Of a stretch of 64,000 nt of DNA, positions 21,159 to 31,267 are shown piece after piece. Source of the stretch: Alphaproteobacteria bacterium (GTDB lineage: Bacteria; Pseudomonadota; Alphaproteobacteria; UBA828). Each line of letters begins with the position of its first letter. The stretch's first letter is position 1. A model generated the notes under the pieces. It did no database searches and was not told the DNA's origin. It worked only from the letters and a program-made list of their open reading frames with translations. The position numbers and the translations under genes were made by a program. The stretch lies in NCBI GenBank assembly GCA_965220745.1, contig CBDCQT010000010.1:224001-288000 (forward strand). Direction: 5' to 3'.

Positions 21159-21357
21159 CGGCGGCGCCGCGCTTCCCGGCGATCCGGACGATCAGGTGGC
21201 GGCTCTGGCTCGGGGGGTGACGCGCCTTGAGGACGAGCCCCGGCCCCCTCTGCTGGCACGGTTCCTGGTGTCCGGTGGTGGTGCGGCGGCCTTGACGGCG
21301 GCGGAAGGGTCGGGGCGGGAAACGTGAGCCCGGCGGCAACGGAAGTGGAGGCTGGCG

Positions 21358-21573
21358 ATGATGACCGAGACTCTGGCGCGCGAGCTGCTGCGTCGCGAGG
21401 AGGTGGAGGAGCGGTTCGGCGTATCGCGCAGTTGGATCTATTGCGAGATGCGGGCCGGACGGTTCCTGGAACCGGTGAGGATCAGCAAGCGCGCGGTGAG
21501 ATGGCGCGTGTCGGACCTCGACGAGTGGGCCGCAAGCAGGCCGGTGGCGCACGGTGAGGTCGGGCACCGATGA
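21358..21573 (+). CDS. AlpA-family regulator/excisionase-like
   Basis: LLRREEVEERFGVSRSWIY...GRF.EPVRI..RAVRW. Confidence 0.85.
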   Translation: MMTETLARELLRREEVEERFGVSRSWIYCEMRAGRFLEPVRISKRAVRWRVSDLDEWAASRPVAHGEVGHR

Positions 21574-21938
21574 ACAGGCCGGCGCCAAATTCGTGGGCGA
21601 AACCGTCGTCTTTCCTTGTCACCAATCCAAGGTAGGGCCGTTGAGCGGACCGAATCGAAGAGGTTGGTACCGTTGATGCGCGCGCCGGGCACCGCCGCGA
21701 CATCGTGATATAGTGCGGGGGCACCCAGGGAGTTCGGCATGTTCTGATCGGCGGTGTTGGGCAGCATGTGGGGCCGGCAAGATGGCGGGCCAAAAAACGA
21801 GGCGAATACAACGGGATACAGGAGCTGCCGAGTCCCACCCCCTTGCTGCGCCCATGCGACAAAGTCTTCCGCGTCGTGCCGAGAGAGAACGGGACGGCCG
21901 GCATTGCGTTCTGCAGCAACGAGACAGTCGGACGGCGC

Positions 21939-22952
21939 CTACGGCTCGATCCAGTCTTCCGCCGCGTGCACGAAATTCTGCTTCATGTACCAGGCAAGGT
22001 AGTCGCCCGAACTGATGGGAGGCTCCTTTGGGGGATTCCGGGCGTCCATACACGTTGGCAGGCACTCGACGACGAAATCGGAATTCGGATGTATGAACAG
22101 CGGGATCGAGTAACGATCGCGGCCCGACCGGTTGATCACCCGGTGCGGCGTGGACATGAAGCGCCCGTTGGTCCAGCGCTTCAACAAGTCGCCGGAGTTG
22201 AACAGGAACGAATCCGGAATAGGCGGCGCGGGGAACCACTCCTCGGACGGCCCCAGCAGCTCGAGGCCGGGGACTTCCGTGGTCGGTAGCATGGTCACGA
22301 ACGTGCTGTCGGTATGGGGCGCAAGATGGAATTGGTTCGTTTCGAGCCGGTCATTGGCGCGGAAGTGCGAGACCCGCAACATCGAGAGCGCCTCGTACAC
22401 GCCGAATGCCGGACTGAAATAGTGCGAAGGAAGATCGAGACTGGCCGCGAATATCGGCAGCATCCGGCGGAAGAGCGCCTCCGCGGTCTCGAAATATTCG
22501 ACTAATATCTCTCTAAATCCAGGCAAATTGCCCGGCCACTGATTCTTGACGTCGAGCGGCCTTGGTGCCCGGTCGCGCAGCATGAAAAAAGCCTCGGCAA
22601 CGTCGGGCTTTATCGTGCCCGTATAATGTTCCGAGGTGCGCGAAGCTTCGCCGCCGAAGCTCATGAATCCGACGTGATTTTCGTCGATCGGGATCCTGTT
22701 TTTCTCCTCGGCGGGGAGTGAATGAAACCGCGCCGTTTCGGCGAACGTACGGTCGATCAGCACCTTGGGAACGTCATGATTGACGACGTAGAAGAAGCCG
22801 ATCTCCGCAAGCGCTTCACGGAGTTCGCGGCCGAGGCGCTCGCGTGCGCCCCGCTCTCCCGCGAGGTAGCCCGCCAGGTCGAGCACCGGGATGTCGCAGC
22901 CGGTCGCGGGGTCTCTCCATCTGCGGGAGGCTGCTCCAGGTGGGTCGCCCAT
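21939..22952 (-). CDS. 2-oxoglutarate/Fe(II) oxygenase (IPNS-like family)
   Basis: IPVLDL, GFFYVVNH, HTD...H...RYS facial triad and RxS motif. Confidence 0.9.
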   Translation of the reverse strand: MGDPPGAASRRWRDPATGCDIPVLDLAGYLAGERGARERLGRELREALAEIGFFYVVNHDVPKVLIDRTFAETARFHSLPAEEKNRIPIDENHVGFMSFGGEASRTSEHYTGTIKPDVAEAFFMLRDRAPRPLDVKNQWPGNLPGFREILVEYFETAEALFRRMLPIFAASLDLPSHYFSPAFGVYEALSMLRVSHFRANDRLETNQFHLAPHTDSTFVTMLPTTEVPGLELLGPSEEWFPAPPIPDSFLFNSGDLLKRWTNGRFMSTPHRVINRSGRDRYSIPLFIHPNSDFVVECLPTCMDARNPPKEPPISSGDYLAWYMKQNFVHAAEDWIEP

Positions 22953-23111
22953 CGTTCCGCGCCGGTTCGTCCAAACGCGGGCCGCGCGGCCGCCGGCGCC
23001 TCGATAGCTTGGCCGGTATGGCGCGGCCCAGGCAATGTTGATAGCATAAAGTCCATACAGAGGGCGACGAATAAGCAGCCAGAACTGTCGCCGGCCAGGG
23101 GAGGAACAGCC

Positions 23112-24227
23112 ATGCTGCGGAGAATCAGAGCGATTGACCGCCTAACTTCGGGACGCATGAGTCGGCGGGAGTTTCAGAAGGCACTGGGTTTATTCGGCCT
23201 GAGCCTGGTCGCGTATCCGGTCGTTACACGGCCCGTACGTGCAGCGGATAATCTGTTGGTGTTCGGCTGGGCCGGTTTTGACGATCCGGCGCTTTTTCCC
23301 GGCTACGAGGAAAAACACGGCAGTCCGGACCATGCCTTCTTCAGCGATGAGCAGGAAGGTATCCAGAAGCTCAAGGCCGGCTTTGGGGCGGACATCGTTC
23401 GACCCTGTATCGATGTGATGCAGCAATGGATGACGGCTGATCTCAAGCCGATCGACGAATCGAAGCTGCTCTATCTCGACGAGCAATTCGAGTCCATTCG
23501 CGCGCCCGCGCCGGCCTATCACGACGGCCAGAGGTTCTTCGTCTCACTCTATTGGGGCTTCACGTCGTTCATCTACCGCACCGACATGACAGACATCACG
23601 CCGGAAGAGGAATCCTGGTCGCTTCTCTTCGATGATCGTTTCGCGGGGCGAATCGCGGTTTGGGACAGCACCGACTGCGTGATCCCGCACACCTCGCTGG
23701 CGCTCGGTCATTTGGACGATCCGTTTCGCCCGGATGGTGAGCGACTGGATCAGGTTGCCGACATGATACGCAAGCAGCGCAATCTGGCCCGGCTCTACTA
23801 CCCGGACGTGACGACGGGCGTGCAGGCGATCGCCTCCGGCGAAGTGGTGATCAGCTACGCCTGGTCCGAGTTCCTGCAACCGCTCCGGGACGAGGGAATT
23901 CCGTTCCGCTGGGCGAAGCCCAAGGAAGGCTTGATCAGCTACAATTGCGGCCTAGCGCTCCGAGACGGCAACGCCAGCGAAGAGGCGCAGTACGATTTCG
24001 TCAACGCGTCGATGTCGGCGGATGCAGGGAAGTTCCTGATTGAGGTCTTCAACCTCGGCGCGGCCAACCAGAAGAGCTTCGATATGGTCGACCCCTCGCT
24101 GATCAAGGAGATCGAGCTGACGTCGCCGGAGGAATCGCTTGCCGGCTCGCATCCCTTCGTCTACGTGCCGATCGAATTGAAGAGCAAGCACATCGAGCTT
24201 TTCGAGAGCATCAAGGCTGGCGCTTGA
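23112..24227 (+). CDS. Polyamine-type ABC substrate-binding protein (PotD/PotF-like), TAT signal
   Basis: SRREFQK TAT motif; FGWAGF, YWG, SWSLLFD, ASGEVV, PKEG. Confidence 0.85.
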   Translation: MLRRIRAIDRLTSGRMSRREFQKALGLFGLSLVAYPVVTRPVRAADNLLVFGWAGFDDPALFPGYEEKHGSPDHAFFSDEQEGIQKLKAGFGADIVRPCIDVMQQWMTADLKPIDESKLLYLDEQFESIRAPAPAYHDGQRFFVSLYWGFTSFIYRTDMTDITPEEESWSLLFDDRFAGRIAVWDSTDCVIPHTSLALGHLDDPFRPDGERLDQVADMIRKQRNLARLYYPDVTTGVQAIASGEVVISYAWSEFLQPLRDEGIPFRWAKPKEGLISYNCGLALRDGNASEEAQYDFVNASMSADAGKFLIEVFNLGAANQKSFDMVDPSLIKEIELTSPEESLAGSHPFVYVPIELKSKHIELFESIKAGA

Positions 24228-24313
24228 GGCCTGATCACGACTGATCGAGGCAGCCGACAAGCGGAGCGACCGTCGCCTCTCCCTCCGGGGCGGTCGCGGT
24301 CCGGTTTACGCGC

Positions 24314-25426
24314 CTATTGCGGCCCCTCGTCCGCCGGCAGCAGGATCACGGCATCGCGCGACCAGGTGAGCCAGACGCGGTCAGCGGAGGGGGTCGCGGC
24401 GCCCAGCATCGGCTGCATGTTCTGTGTCGCGACCGCGATCGGCTCGTCGCGGCTGGCGATACGGACATGAAAATGGCTGCGGTCGCCGAGGTAGGCCGCC
24501 GCTTCGATATCGCCGCACGCCATGTTCGCGTGTTGGTCAGGCGCCTCGTTCGATACGCGAATCTTCTCCGGCCGGACGGCGACGGTGACATCGCCCCCGT
24601 CCTTGAGCGCAAACTCGGGCCGCCACGCCTCGACAATGCCCACCGGCCCGGCATCGACCGTGACGAAGTTGGGCCCGGCTGCCCTGACAATGCCGGGGAA
24701 GAGGTTGATCGTGCCGATGAAGTCGGCCACCACGCGGGACGACGGCCGCTCATAGAGGCGCGTCGGCGTATCGACCTGCAGCACGCGGCCCTCCGCCATC
24801 ACGGCAATGCGGTCGGAGATGGATAGCGCCTCCTCCTGATCGTGCGTGACGAACACGAACGTGATGCCGACTTTCCTCTGCAGGGCGCGAAGCTCGATCT
24901 GCATCTGCGCGCGAAGCTTCTTGTCCAGCGCGCCCAGGGGCTCGTCGAGCAGCAGGACCAGGGGGCGGCGCACGAGCGCGCGTGCGAGGGCGACGCGCTG
25001 GCGCTGCCCACCGGAGAGCTGATGCGCGTGGCGGTTCTCGAACCCCTGCAACTTGATGAGGGAGAGCGCCGCATCGACCCGCCGATCGCGCTCCGCACGC
25101 GAGAGCTTCAGCCGGCGCAAGCCGTAGGCGATGTTGTCGCGCACGTCGAGGTGCGGAAAGATCGCATAGTTCTGGAACACCATGTTGACCGGCCGGCGGT
25201 TGGGCGGAACGGCGGACATGGGCTGGCCGTCGAGCAAGATCTCGCCCGCGCTCGGCGTCTCGAAGCCCGCGATCATGCGCAGCAGCGTCGTCTTGCCGCA
25301 CCCGGAGGGCCCGAGCAGCGCGAAGAACTCCCCCTGCCCGATCTCGAGATCGACCGAGTCCACAGCACGAACGCTCCCGAACCGCTTCGACAGATCGCGA
25401 AGCGCAATGAAGTCGGCGCGGCTCAT
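24314..25426 (-). CDS. Polyamine-type ABC ATPase (PotA-like)
   Basis: GPSGCGKT, LSGGQRQR, LLDEP, THDQEEA, TOBE domain. Confidence 0.92.
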   Translation of the reverse strand: MSRADFIALRDLSKRFGSVRAVDSVDLEIGQGEFFALLGPSGCGKTTLLRMIAGFETPSAGEILLDGQPMSAVPPNRRPVNMVFQNYAIFPHLDVRDNIAYGLRRLKLSRAERDRRVDAALSLIKLQGFENRHAHQLSGGQRQRVALARALVRRPLVLLLDEPLGALDKKLRAQMQIELRALQRKVGITFVFVTHDQEEALSISDRIAVMAEGRVLQVDTPTRLYERPSSRVVADFIGTINLFPGIVRAAGPNFVTVDAGPVGIVEAWRPEFALKDGGDVTVAVRPEKIRVSNEAPDQHANMACGDIEAAAYLGDRSHFHVRIASRDEPIAVATQNMQPMLGAATPSADRVWLTWSRDAVILLPADEGPQ

Positions 25427-26253
25427 CGGACGACCACGGAGTCCGCCTCCAACCCCGGGCGCAGCCCGCGCCGGCGGATCCATTCGGCGAGGACGATCAG
25501 GAGACCCGAGGCGAGCAGGATGCAGGCGCCGAGCGCCAGGACGTTGGGGAGCTTCTTGGGAAAGCGCAGCTGGCTCCAGATGTAGATCGGCAGCGTGGGG
25601 TCCTTACCCGCCAGGAAGAAGGCGATGACGAACTCGTCGAACGACCACGTGAACGTGAGCAGAAGGCTGGCGACGATACCCGGGTACGCGAGCGGAAAGG
25701 TCACGCGCCAGAAGGTCGTCCACCCGCTTTCGCCGAGATCGAGAGACGCCTCCTCGAGATGCTTCTCGAAGCCCTCCAGGCGCGAAATCATGACGAGCAT
25801 CGAGAAGGGAAGGGTGATCAGCACGTGACCGGCGCCGATGGTGACGAGCGAAAGCGGGACGCCAAGGGAATTGGCCAGGATGAGGAGTGAGATGCCGAGG
25901 ATGATTCCCGGTATGACGAAGGGGACCAGCACGAAGCCGATGATCGCGCCCCGCCCCGCCAGTCGATAGCGGGTCAGCGCTCGCGCCGCCAATGTGCCGA
26001 GCACAGTGCTGGCGACGGCGACGCAGACGCCGACCGTCAGGCTGTTCAGCAGCGAGTCGATCAGCGCCCCCTGCGCCGCCATGCTCTCGTACCATTTAAC
26101 CGTGAAGCCCTTTAGCGGGAACGCGACGTAGATGGAGTCGTTGAACGAGAAGAGCGGCAGGAACAGCACCGGGACGTAGAGAAACGCGAGATAAACGACC
26201 GCGTATATCAGCAGGGAATCAAAGCGCCGGCCTTTGACCAGATACCCCTTCAT
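25423..26253 (-). CDS. ABC permease (PotC-like)
   Basis: FSFN, EEASLDLG, SFDEF, TLP. Confidence 0.9.
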   Translation of the reverse strand: MKGYLVKGRRFDSLLIYAVVYLAFLYVPVLFLPLFSFNDSIYVAFPLKGFTVKWYESMAAQGALIDSLLNSLTVGVCVAVASTVLGTLAARALTRYRLAGRGAIIGFVLVPFVIPGIILGISLLILANSLGVPLSLVTIGAGHVLITLPFSMLVMISRLEGFEKHLEEASLDLGESGWTTFWRVTFPLAYPGIVASLLLTFTWSFDEFVIAFFLAGKDPTLPIYIWSQLRFPKKLPNVLALGACILLASGLLIVLAEWIRRRGLRPGLEADSVVVR

Positions 26254-27179
26254 GCGACGCGCCGTGTCATCTTGCGTGCGAACCAGGCGATGACGATCAC
26301 GGAAAGGCCGATCGTAATCATCGAACTCACGGCCATCGCCGCGCCGGACGGCCAGTTGTTGGCAGGCCCAAACATGACCTGAATGATATTGCCGATCATG
26401 AGGCCCGTGGTCCCGCCGACGAGTTTCGGCGTGACGTAGTCGCCCACGGTGGGAATGAAAACCAGGAGCGCCGCCGCGATGACGCCGGGCATCGACAGCG
26501 GCAGGGTGACGCGGAGGAAGCGGGCCAGCGGGCCGTCGCCGAGATCGGTCGCGGCTTCCAGCAGCGAGCGGTCGATCTTCGCGAGCGACACGTAGATGGG
26601 AAGGATGGCGAACGCCGCCCACGCGTGCGCCAGCGTTATGACCACGGCGATCGGGTTGTAGAGCAGAAAGCCGAGCGGCTCGTCGATCACGCCGATCGAG
26701 GTGAGCCCTGAGTTGATGACGCCGTTGTAGCCGAGGACGATCTTCCAGGCGAAAACGCGCAGCAGGTAGCTCGTCCAGAACGGCACGGTAATCAGGACCA
26801 ACCACAGGATCTTCGCCTGCTTGACGCGAAACGCGACGAAATACGCCATCGGGTAAGCGAGCCCCACCGCCGCGGCGGCCACGCAAAGCGAGATCAGGAG
26901 GGACTTGCCGAGAAGCAGCGGATAGGCAGGGTGAATGAAAAAGTTCGTGTAGTTGTCCGTGGTGGCAATCGCCTCGTATCCGCCGCCTGTCTTCGTCCAG
27001 AAGCTGTAGACGATGACGATCCCGAGGGGCACGGCGAGCAGCAAAAGCATGATCGCGAGCGTCGGCGACAAGAGGACGAAACCGCGCAGTTGCTCGCTGC
27101 GCAGAAAATACCCACCGATCCGAGTTGCCAGCCGATCGAGCGCTCCTCGCCCATTGGGCAGGGGTTGCACGCTAGTCAA
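26250..27179 (-). CDS. ABC permease (PotB-like)
   Basis: PFWTSYLLR, LLEAATDLG, GDYVTP, NWPSGAA. Confidence 0.9.
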   Translation of the reverse strand: MTSVQPLPNGRGALDRLATRIGGYFLRSEQLRGFVLLSPTLAIMLLLLAVPLGIVIVYSFWTKTGGGYEAIATTDNYTNFFIHPAYPLLLGKSLLISLCVAAAAVGLAYPMAYFVAFRVKQAKILWLVLITVPFWTSYLLRVFAWKIVLGYNGVINSGLTSIGVIDEPLGFLLYNPIAVVITLAHAWAAFAILPIYVSLAKIDRSLLEAATDLGDGPLARFLRVTLPLSMPGVIAAALLVFIPTVGDYVTPKLVGGTTGLMIGNIIQVMFGPANNWPSGAAMAVSSMITIGLSVIVIAWFARKMTRRVA

Positions 27180-27505
27180 AGGCGCGCGACTCCCTTCCTA
27201 TCCCGGAACACGTCGCCCTCTCCCGAGTGCCGGTCGGCGGACGCGGCGAATCCCCCTGCAAGAGCGGGCCGGTGGGAGCCCGACGAAGCGTGGTCTCACG
27301 GAAAGACATCACATCCGCGATCATACGCCTGTGCGGGCGACAATCACGCACGTTCGAGGCGTCTCAAGCGTCCGCGCGCCGCGCACCGCGTGCGCGGCCT
27401 CGTTGACCTCAGCATCCGCATTCTTCGCGAGGACCACGGAATGAGGCGCTTGCCGCGGGGGTGTGCGACCATGGGACCGAACGATGATCGTTTCGGGAGC
27501 CGGCG

Positions 27506-28591
27506 ATGAGCGCTCTGAGGGCCCGCTTACAGGGGATCCTGGACGACTACGTGGCGCAGGGCGTCGTCGGCGCCTCGCTCGCGCTGCGGGCGCCGGGTGA
27601 GGAGGATGTTCTGATCGCGAGCGGGCTCGCCAATCGCACGCGACAGGAGCCGCTGACACCCGATCATCTCTTCCGCATCGCGAGTTGCACCAAGACCTAT
27701 GTCGCAGCCTGTCTTCTGCAGCTCGCCCAGGAGGGCCGGCTCGACCTCGACGAGCCCATCACCCGCTGGTTCCCCGACCTGCCCAAGGCGGAGCGCCTGC
27801 CGGTTCGCATTCTCGTCAACCACCGCAGCGGCCTGCCCGAGTTCGAGAACCACATGCCGATGATCTCGGACCGCGTCTGGACGCCGCAGGAAATCGTGGA
27901 CTTCGCTTTTGAGGCGACGGAGCAGGGCGAGCCCTGGCGCACGATGCAATACAACAACACCGGCTACATCCTGGCCGGCATGATCATCGCGCTGGAAACC
28001 GGCGGCACACTCAGCCAGGCACTCCGCTCACGCCTGTTCGAGCCGCTCGGTCTCCAAGACACCTGGGTCGGCACCGACGAGCCCTATCCCGCCGAGCGCG
28101 TGGCGCGCGGCTACTTCCACAAAGAGGACGAGGACGGCCAGTGGGACATTGCAGGCGCCGGCGAGCCGGTCGACGGCTGCTGGGATTCGACCGACTGGTT
28201 TCCGCTTTCCGGCGCCAATGCGGCAGGCGATATCATAGCCACGCCGCACGATCTGATGCGCTGGATCGAAGGACTCTTCGCAGGCAAAGTGCTGGACGAA
28301 GCCCGCCTTCACGAGATGGCCGGCAATCTGAAGGAGGCGAGCTTTCCCGGCGCGCCGATCACGGCGAACGGCCACGGCATCCTGGTGTCCAAGATCGACG
28401 GGCTGGAGATCAAGGGCCACATCGGCCAGCTACCGGGCCACACCACCTGCACGGGCCACCACGAGGCCACGGGCGTGAGCGCGACGCTCTGCCAGAATTC
28501 CGGGGCGGGCGACTTCGAATCGTTCTATCTGGCGGGCATTCACGCTCCCTTCGCAGCCTGCTTCCGTGCGGTGGGAGCGACGCAATCCTGA
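27506..28591 (+). CDS. Serine hydrolase (beta-lactamase/D-aminopeptidase fold), no signal peptide
   Basis: FRIASCTK (SxxK), LVNHRSG, YNNTGY (YxN), GHIG. Confidence 0.85.
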   Translation: MSALRARLQGILDDYVAQGVVGASLALRAPGEEDVLIASGLANRTRQEPLTPDHLFRIASCTKTYVAACLLQLAQEGRLDLDEPITRWFPDLPKAERLPVRILVNHRSGLPEFENHMPMISDRVWTPQEIVDFAFEATEQGEPWRTMQYNNTGYILAGMIIALETGGTLSQALRSRLFEPLGLQDTWVGTDEPYPAERVARGYFHKEDEDGQWDIAGAGEPVDGCWDSTDWFPLSGANAAGDIIATPHDLMRWIEGLFAGKVLDEARLHEMAGNLKEASFPGAPITANGHGILVSKIDGLEIKGHIGQLPGHTTCTGHHEATGVSATLCQNSGAGDFESFYLAGIHAPFAACFRAVGATQS

Positions 28592-28793
28592 CTGTCTTGC
28601 TGCCTGTCATGTCTCTTTAACTTGCACCCGAGCCACTCTGGCTCTCGCACGCCCATCAATGTCGTAGATTACGACGGTGACCACGATTCCGGAGAAATAC
28701 GACGCTCGCGTACTTGCTGTTGAGCGATGTGGACAAGTCAATCGGCGCTCCCCGAGAAAGTATCGACGGGAAGAACAAATCATGCAGGCAGCG

Positions 28794-29616
28794 TTAGTAG
28801 GACTGGCAATTCGTGTTCAATCCGAATAACCGAGAGGCTTGCTCCAAGTAGGGAAATTCTGACCTCGCAACACTCACAGCCGACTTGGCGATGGTCGCGA
28901 CGAGCATCTCTTGGCCGTCGTCTGTAGCCTCAGCGATCGCGGTACCTTGAGGATCGTAGATTCCGCTTCGGCCGACGTACCGTAGCTCGTTCTCAGCGCC
29001 AATCCGGTTGGCGTAGGCGATGTAGAGCTGATTCTCGATGGCCCGCGCTGGGATCACGTGGCGAGCAATGTGCCCGTGCGGTTCCATGAGTGACGTTGTA
29101 ACCGCAATCAGATCACTGCCGTTGCGGGCGCGCTCCCGGGCGAGGCTCCGGGAATTCGATGTCGAAACAGATTAGCACCGCAATCGTGACGCCTTTGAGT
29201 TCGACCAGGACGGGTTCGCTTCCCCGCAGGAACGTGGATTTCTCCCAGTCGCCGTAGAGAGCGCGTTTCCGATAGTTGGCCAGGATCGCTCCGTCGGCGC
29301 CAGTCAGCAGTGCTGCGTTGTAGAGTCCGCCGTCCTGTGTCTCGTAGTACCCAACAAGGATGGCCGTTGCGTTCGACTTGGCCACGGCTCGCAGCGCAGA
29401 GACCGTCTCTTGATTGATATGGCGGGCGATGCGCTCAGTCTCCTCTCGGTTGAAATAGCCGGTAAGGAAACACTCGGGAAAGACCAGGAGGTCAACACCA
29501 CGGTGCGAAGCCTGAGCGGTCGTCCGCGAAATGGTCGCCATATTGGCAGCAACGTTCCCCAGCAGACCGGAGTCCTGCCATACGCCGACAGTGAGGATGG
29601 CCTCCGGGACGGTCAT
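28794..29616 (-). pseudogene. Carbon-nitrogen hydrolase (amidase), frameshifted near 29145
   Basis: E-K-C triad (VFPEC, YRK, ICFDIEFPE). One extra base after FPE shifts to RPGARPQRQ*; the other frame continues ARERARNGSDLIAV...PARAIENQ. Confidence 0.85.
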
Positions 29617-30413
29617 GCGTCTTGGCTGCGATGCGCACCCAGGAGGCGCGGCAGGTCGCCGAACCGTGCAATCGCTCCGAACACGACCACGGCGATCAAG
29701 ACGAATAGAACGGCAGCCGATGCCATGACGGGCGTGTAACCGTACCGAAGGGAGTTGAATATCTTGATCGGGAGGGTCTCGGCGGAGAAGCCTGCGACCA
29801 TGTAGGCGATGATGTACTCGTTCAGGCTGAGGACGACGGCGAAGGCGAAGCCCGACACGACGTAGGGGCGGACCAGGGGAAAGACCACGGTCAGGAACAC
29901 GGTTCGCCGGTTCGCGCCCATGGTCCGGGCGGCTTCGATCAAAGAGCGGTCGATACTTTCGAGGCCGAGCGAGATGGTGACCAGGGGAAGCGCGACCAGA
30001 AACACGCCGTGCGAGATGATCGTCGCGAGAATGTGCCCGTAGAGGCCGGCCGAGATCCAGAACACCATGAACCCGAGCGCGGAGATGACCGGCGGCAGAA
30101 GGAACGGTGCGATGCCGAGCCCGAACAGGACGCGCCCCAGAAGACCGCCGCGAGACCAGATATAGAGGGCCAGCGGCAGCGCGACGGATACCGCGAGAAG
30201 GCCGGCAAGCACGGCAATGATCGCCGAGTTGGTCAGGGAGCCGGCCCAGTCGCTCTTGGTGAAGAGTTCGCCGTACCATTTCAAGGAAAGTCCTTCAGGC
30301 GGGAACAGGAGACGCTTGGGCTGGTTGACGGATACCCCGGCAACCACGACGAGGGGCGCGGCCAGGAAGACCAGGACGCCGGCGACGAATGCCCTGCAGA
30401 GCCAACCCGTCAT
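29613..30413 (-). CDS. ABC permease (PotC-like)
   Basis: LIEAARTMGA EAA motif, SLNEY, TLPI. Confidence 0.9.
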   Translation of the reverse strand: MTGWLCRAFVAGVLVFLAAPLVVVAGVSVNQPKRLLFPPEGLSLKWYGELFTKSDWAGSLTNSAIIAVLAGLLAVSVALPLALYIWSRGGLLGRVLFGLGIAPFLLPPVISALGFMVFWISAGLYGHILATIISHGVFLVALPLVTISLGLESIDRSLIEAARTMGANRRTVFLTVVFPLVRPYVVSGFAFAVVLSLNEYIIAYMVAGFSAETLPIKIFNSLRYGYTPVMASAAVLFVLIAVVVFGAIARFGDLPRLLGAHRSQDA

Positions 30414-31267
30414 GGCTGGCTGCCTTTGCGGTCGCCGCTGACGGCGAGGGCCAGACCGACCAGTGCGAGCGATACGAGAAGGAAAAACATCGCCATCGCA
30501 GCGCCGAAGGGAATGTTGGATTGAAAGATGGCCTGGTCGGTGATGTGGACCGGCAGGGTCCAGTGCGCCGGCCGCCCCAGCACCTGGGGAAGCAGGTAAG
30601 CGCCAAGGGTAAAGACGAACACGAGGATGAAGGCGCCGGTGATGGTGCGCCGCATGATCGGCAGCGTCACGCTTACGAACGCCCTGAGCGGCGATGCGCC
30701 GGACATGCGGGCCGCCTCCGGCAGTTCAGGGTCGAGCCGGGAGACCGCGGGATACATCGTGAGAACCGCGTAAGGGAAACCGAGATAGCTCAGTCCCAGG
30801 ATCAGCGCCACCAAACCCGGCGTGTACGCTTGGGGAGCATCGCTCAGGCCGAGCAACGCAATGAAGTTTCCAATTCCAGCCGTTCGCGACAGGAGAGTCG
30901 ACCACGCAAAGCCGATGATGACCTCGGAAAGCGAAAGAACGGAGAGGATGAACACCAGGATGATCGTTTGGGTACGGCGGTCCATCCGGCTCAGGATGTA
31001 GGTGAAGGGAAAGGCGATCACGACGACGATCGCCGCCGCTCCCGCGGCAAGCGCGATCGATGTGAACAGGATCTTCCCGAAGAACGGCGACAAGAAGCGA
31101 ATGTAGTTGGAGAGCTCGAAGGATGGCTCGAAGAACCCGCCCTCGATGCGCTTGAAGAAGCTGACGGTCAGCATGATCGCGAACGGGATGACAAAGAACA
31201 CGAGCAGCACCAGGGCGGGGAAGAACGCCTGGGGCCACGAGGCGGCCTCTTCCCGTCGCTGCCTCAT
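30410..31267 (-). CDS. ABC permease (PotB-like)
   Basis: LPEAARMSGAS, LGAYLLPQVLG, NIPFGAA. Confidence 0.9.
   Translation of the reverse strand: MRQRREEAASWPQAFFPALVLLVFFVIPFAIMLTVSFFKRIEGGFFEPSFELSNYIRFLSPFFGKILFTSIALAAGAAAIVVVIAFPFTYILSRMDRRTQTIILVFILSVLSLSEVIIGFAWSTLLSRTAGIGNFIALLGLSDAPQAYTPGLVALILGLSYLGFPYAVLTMYPAVSRLDPELPEAARMSGASPLRAFVSVTLPIMRRTITGAFILVFVFTLGAYLLPQVLGRPAHWTLPVHITDQAIFQSNIPFGAAMAMFFLLVSLALVGLALAVSGDRKGSQP

Noticed and set aside
21574-21930. Short ORFs between AlpA and the oxygenase
   Set aside because: No recognisable family; likely remnant DNA.
21939-28591. Beta-lactam biosynthesis/resistance cluster (IPNS-like + beta-lactamase-like)
   Set aside because: No ACV synthetase; both are broad families; the hydrolase has no signal peptide; the context is import/catabolism.
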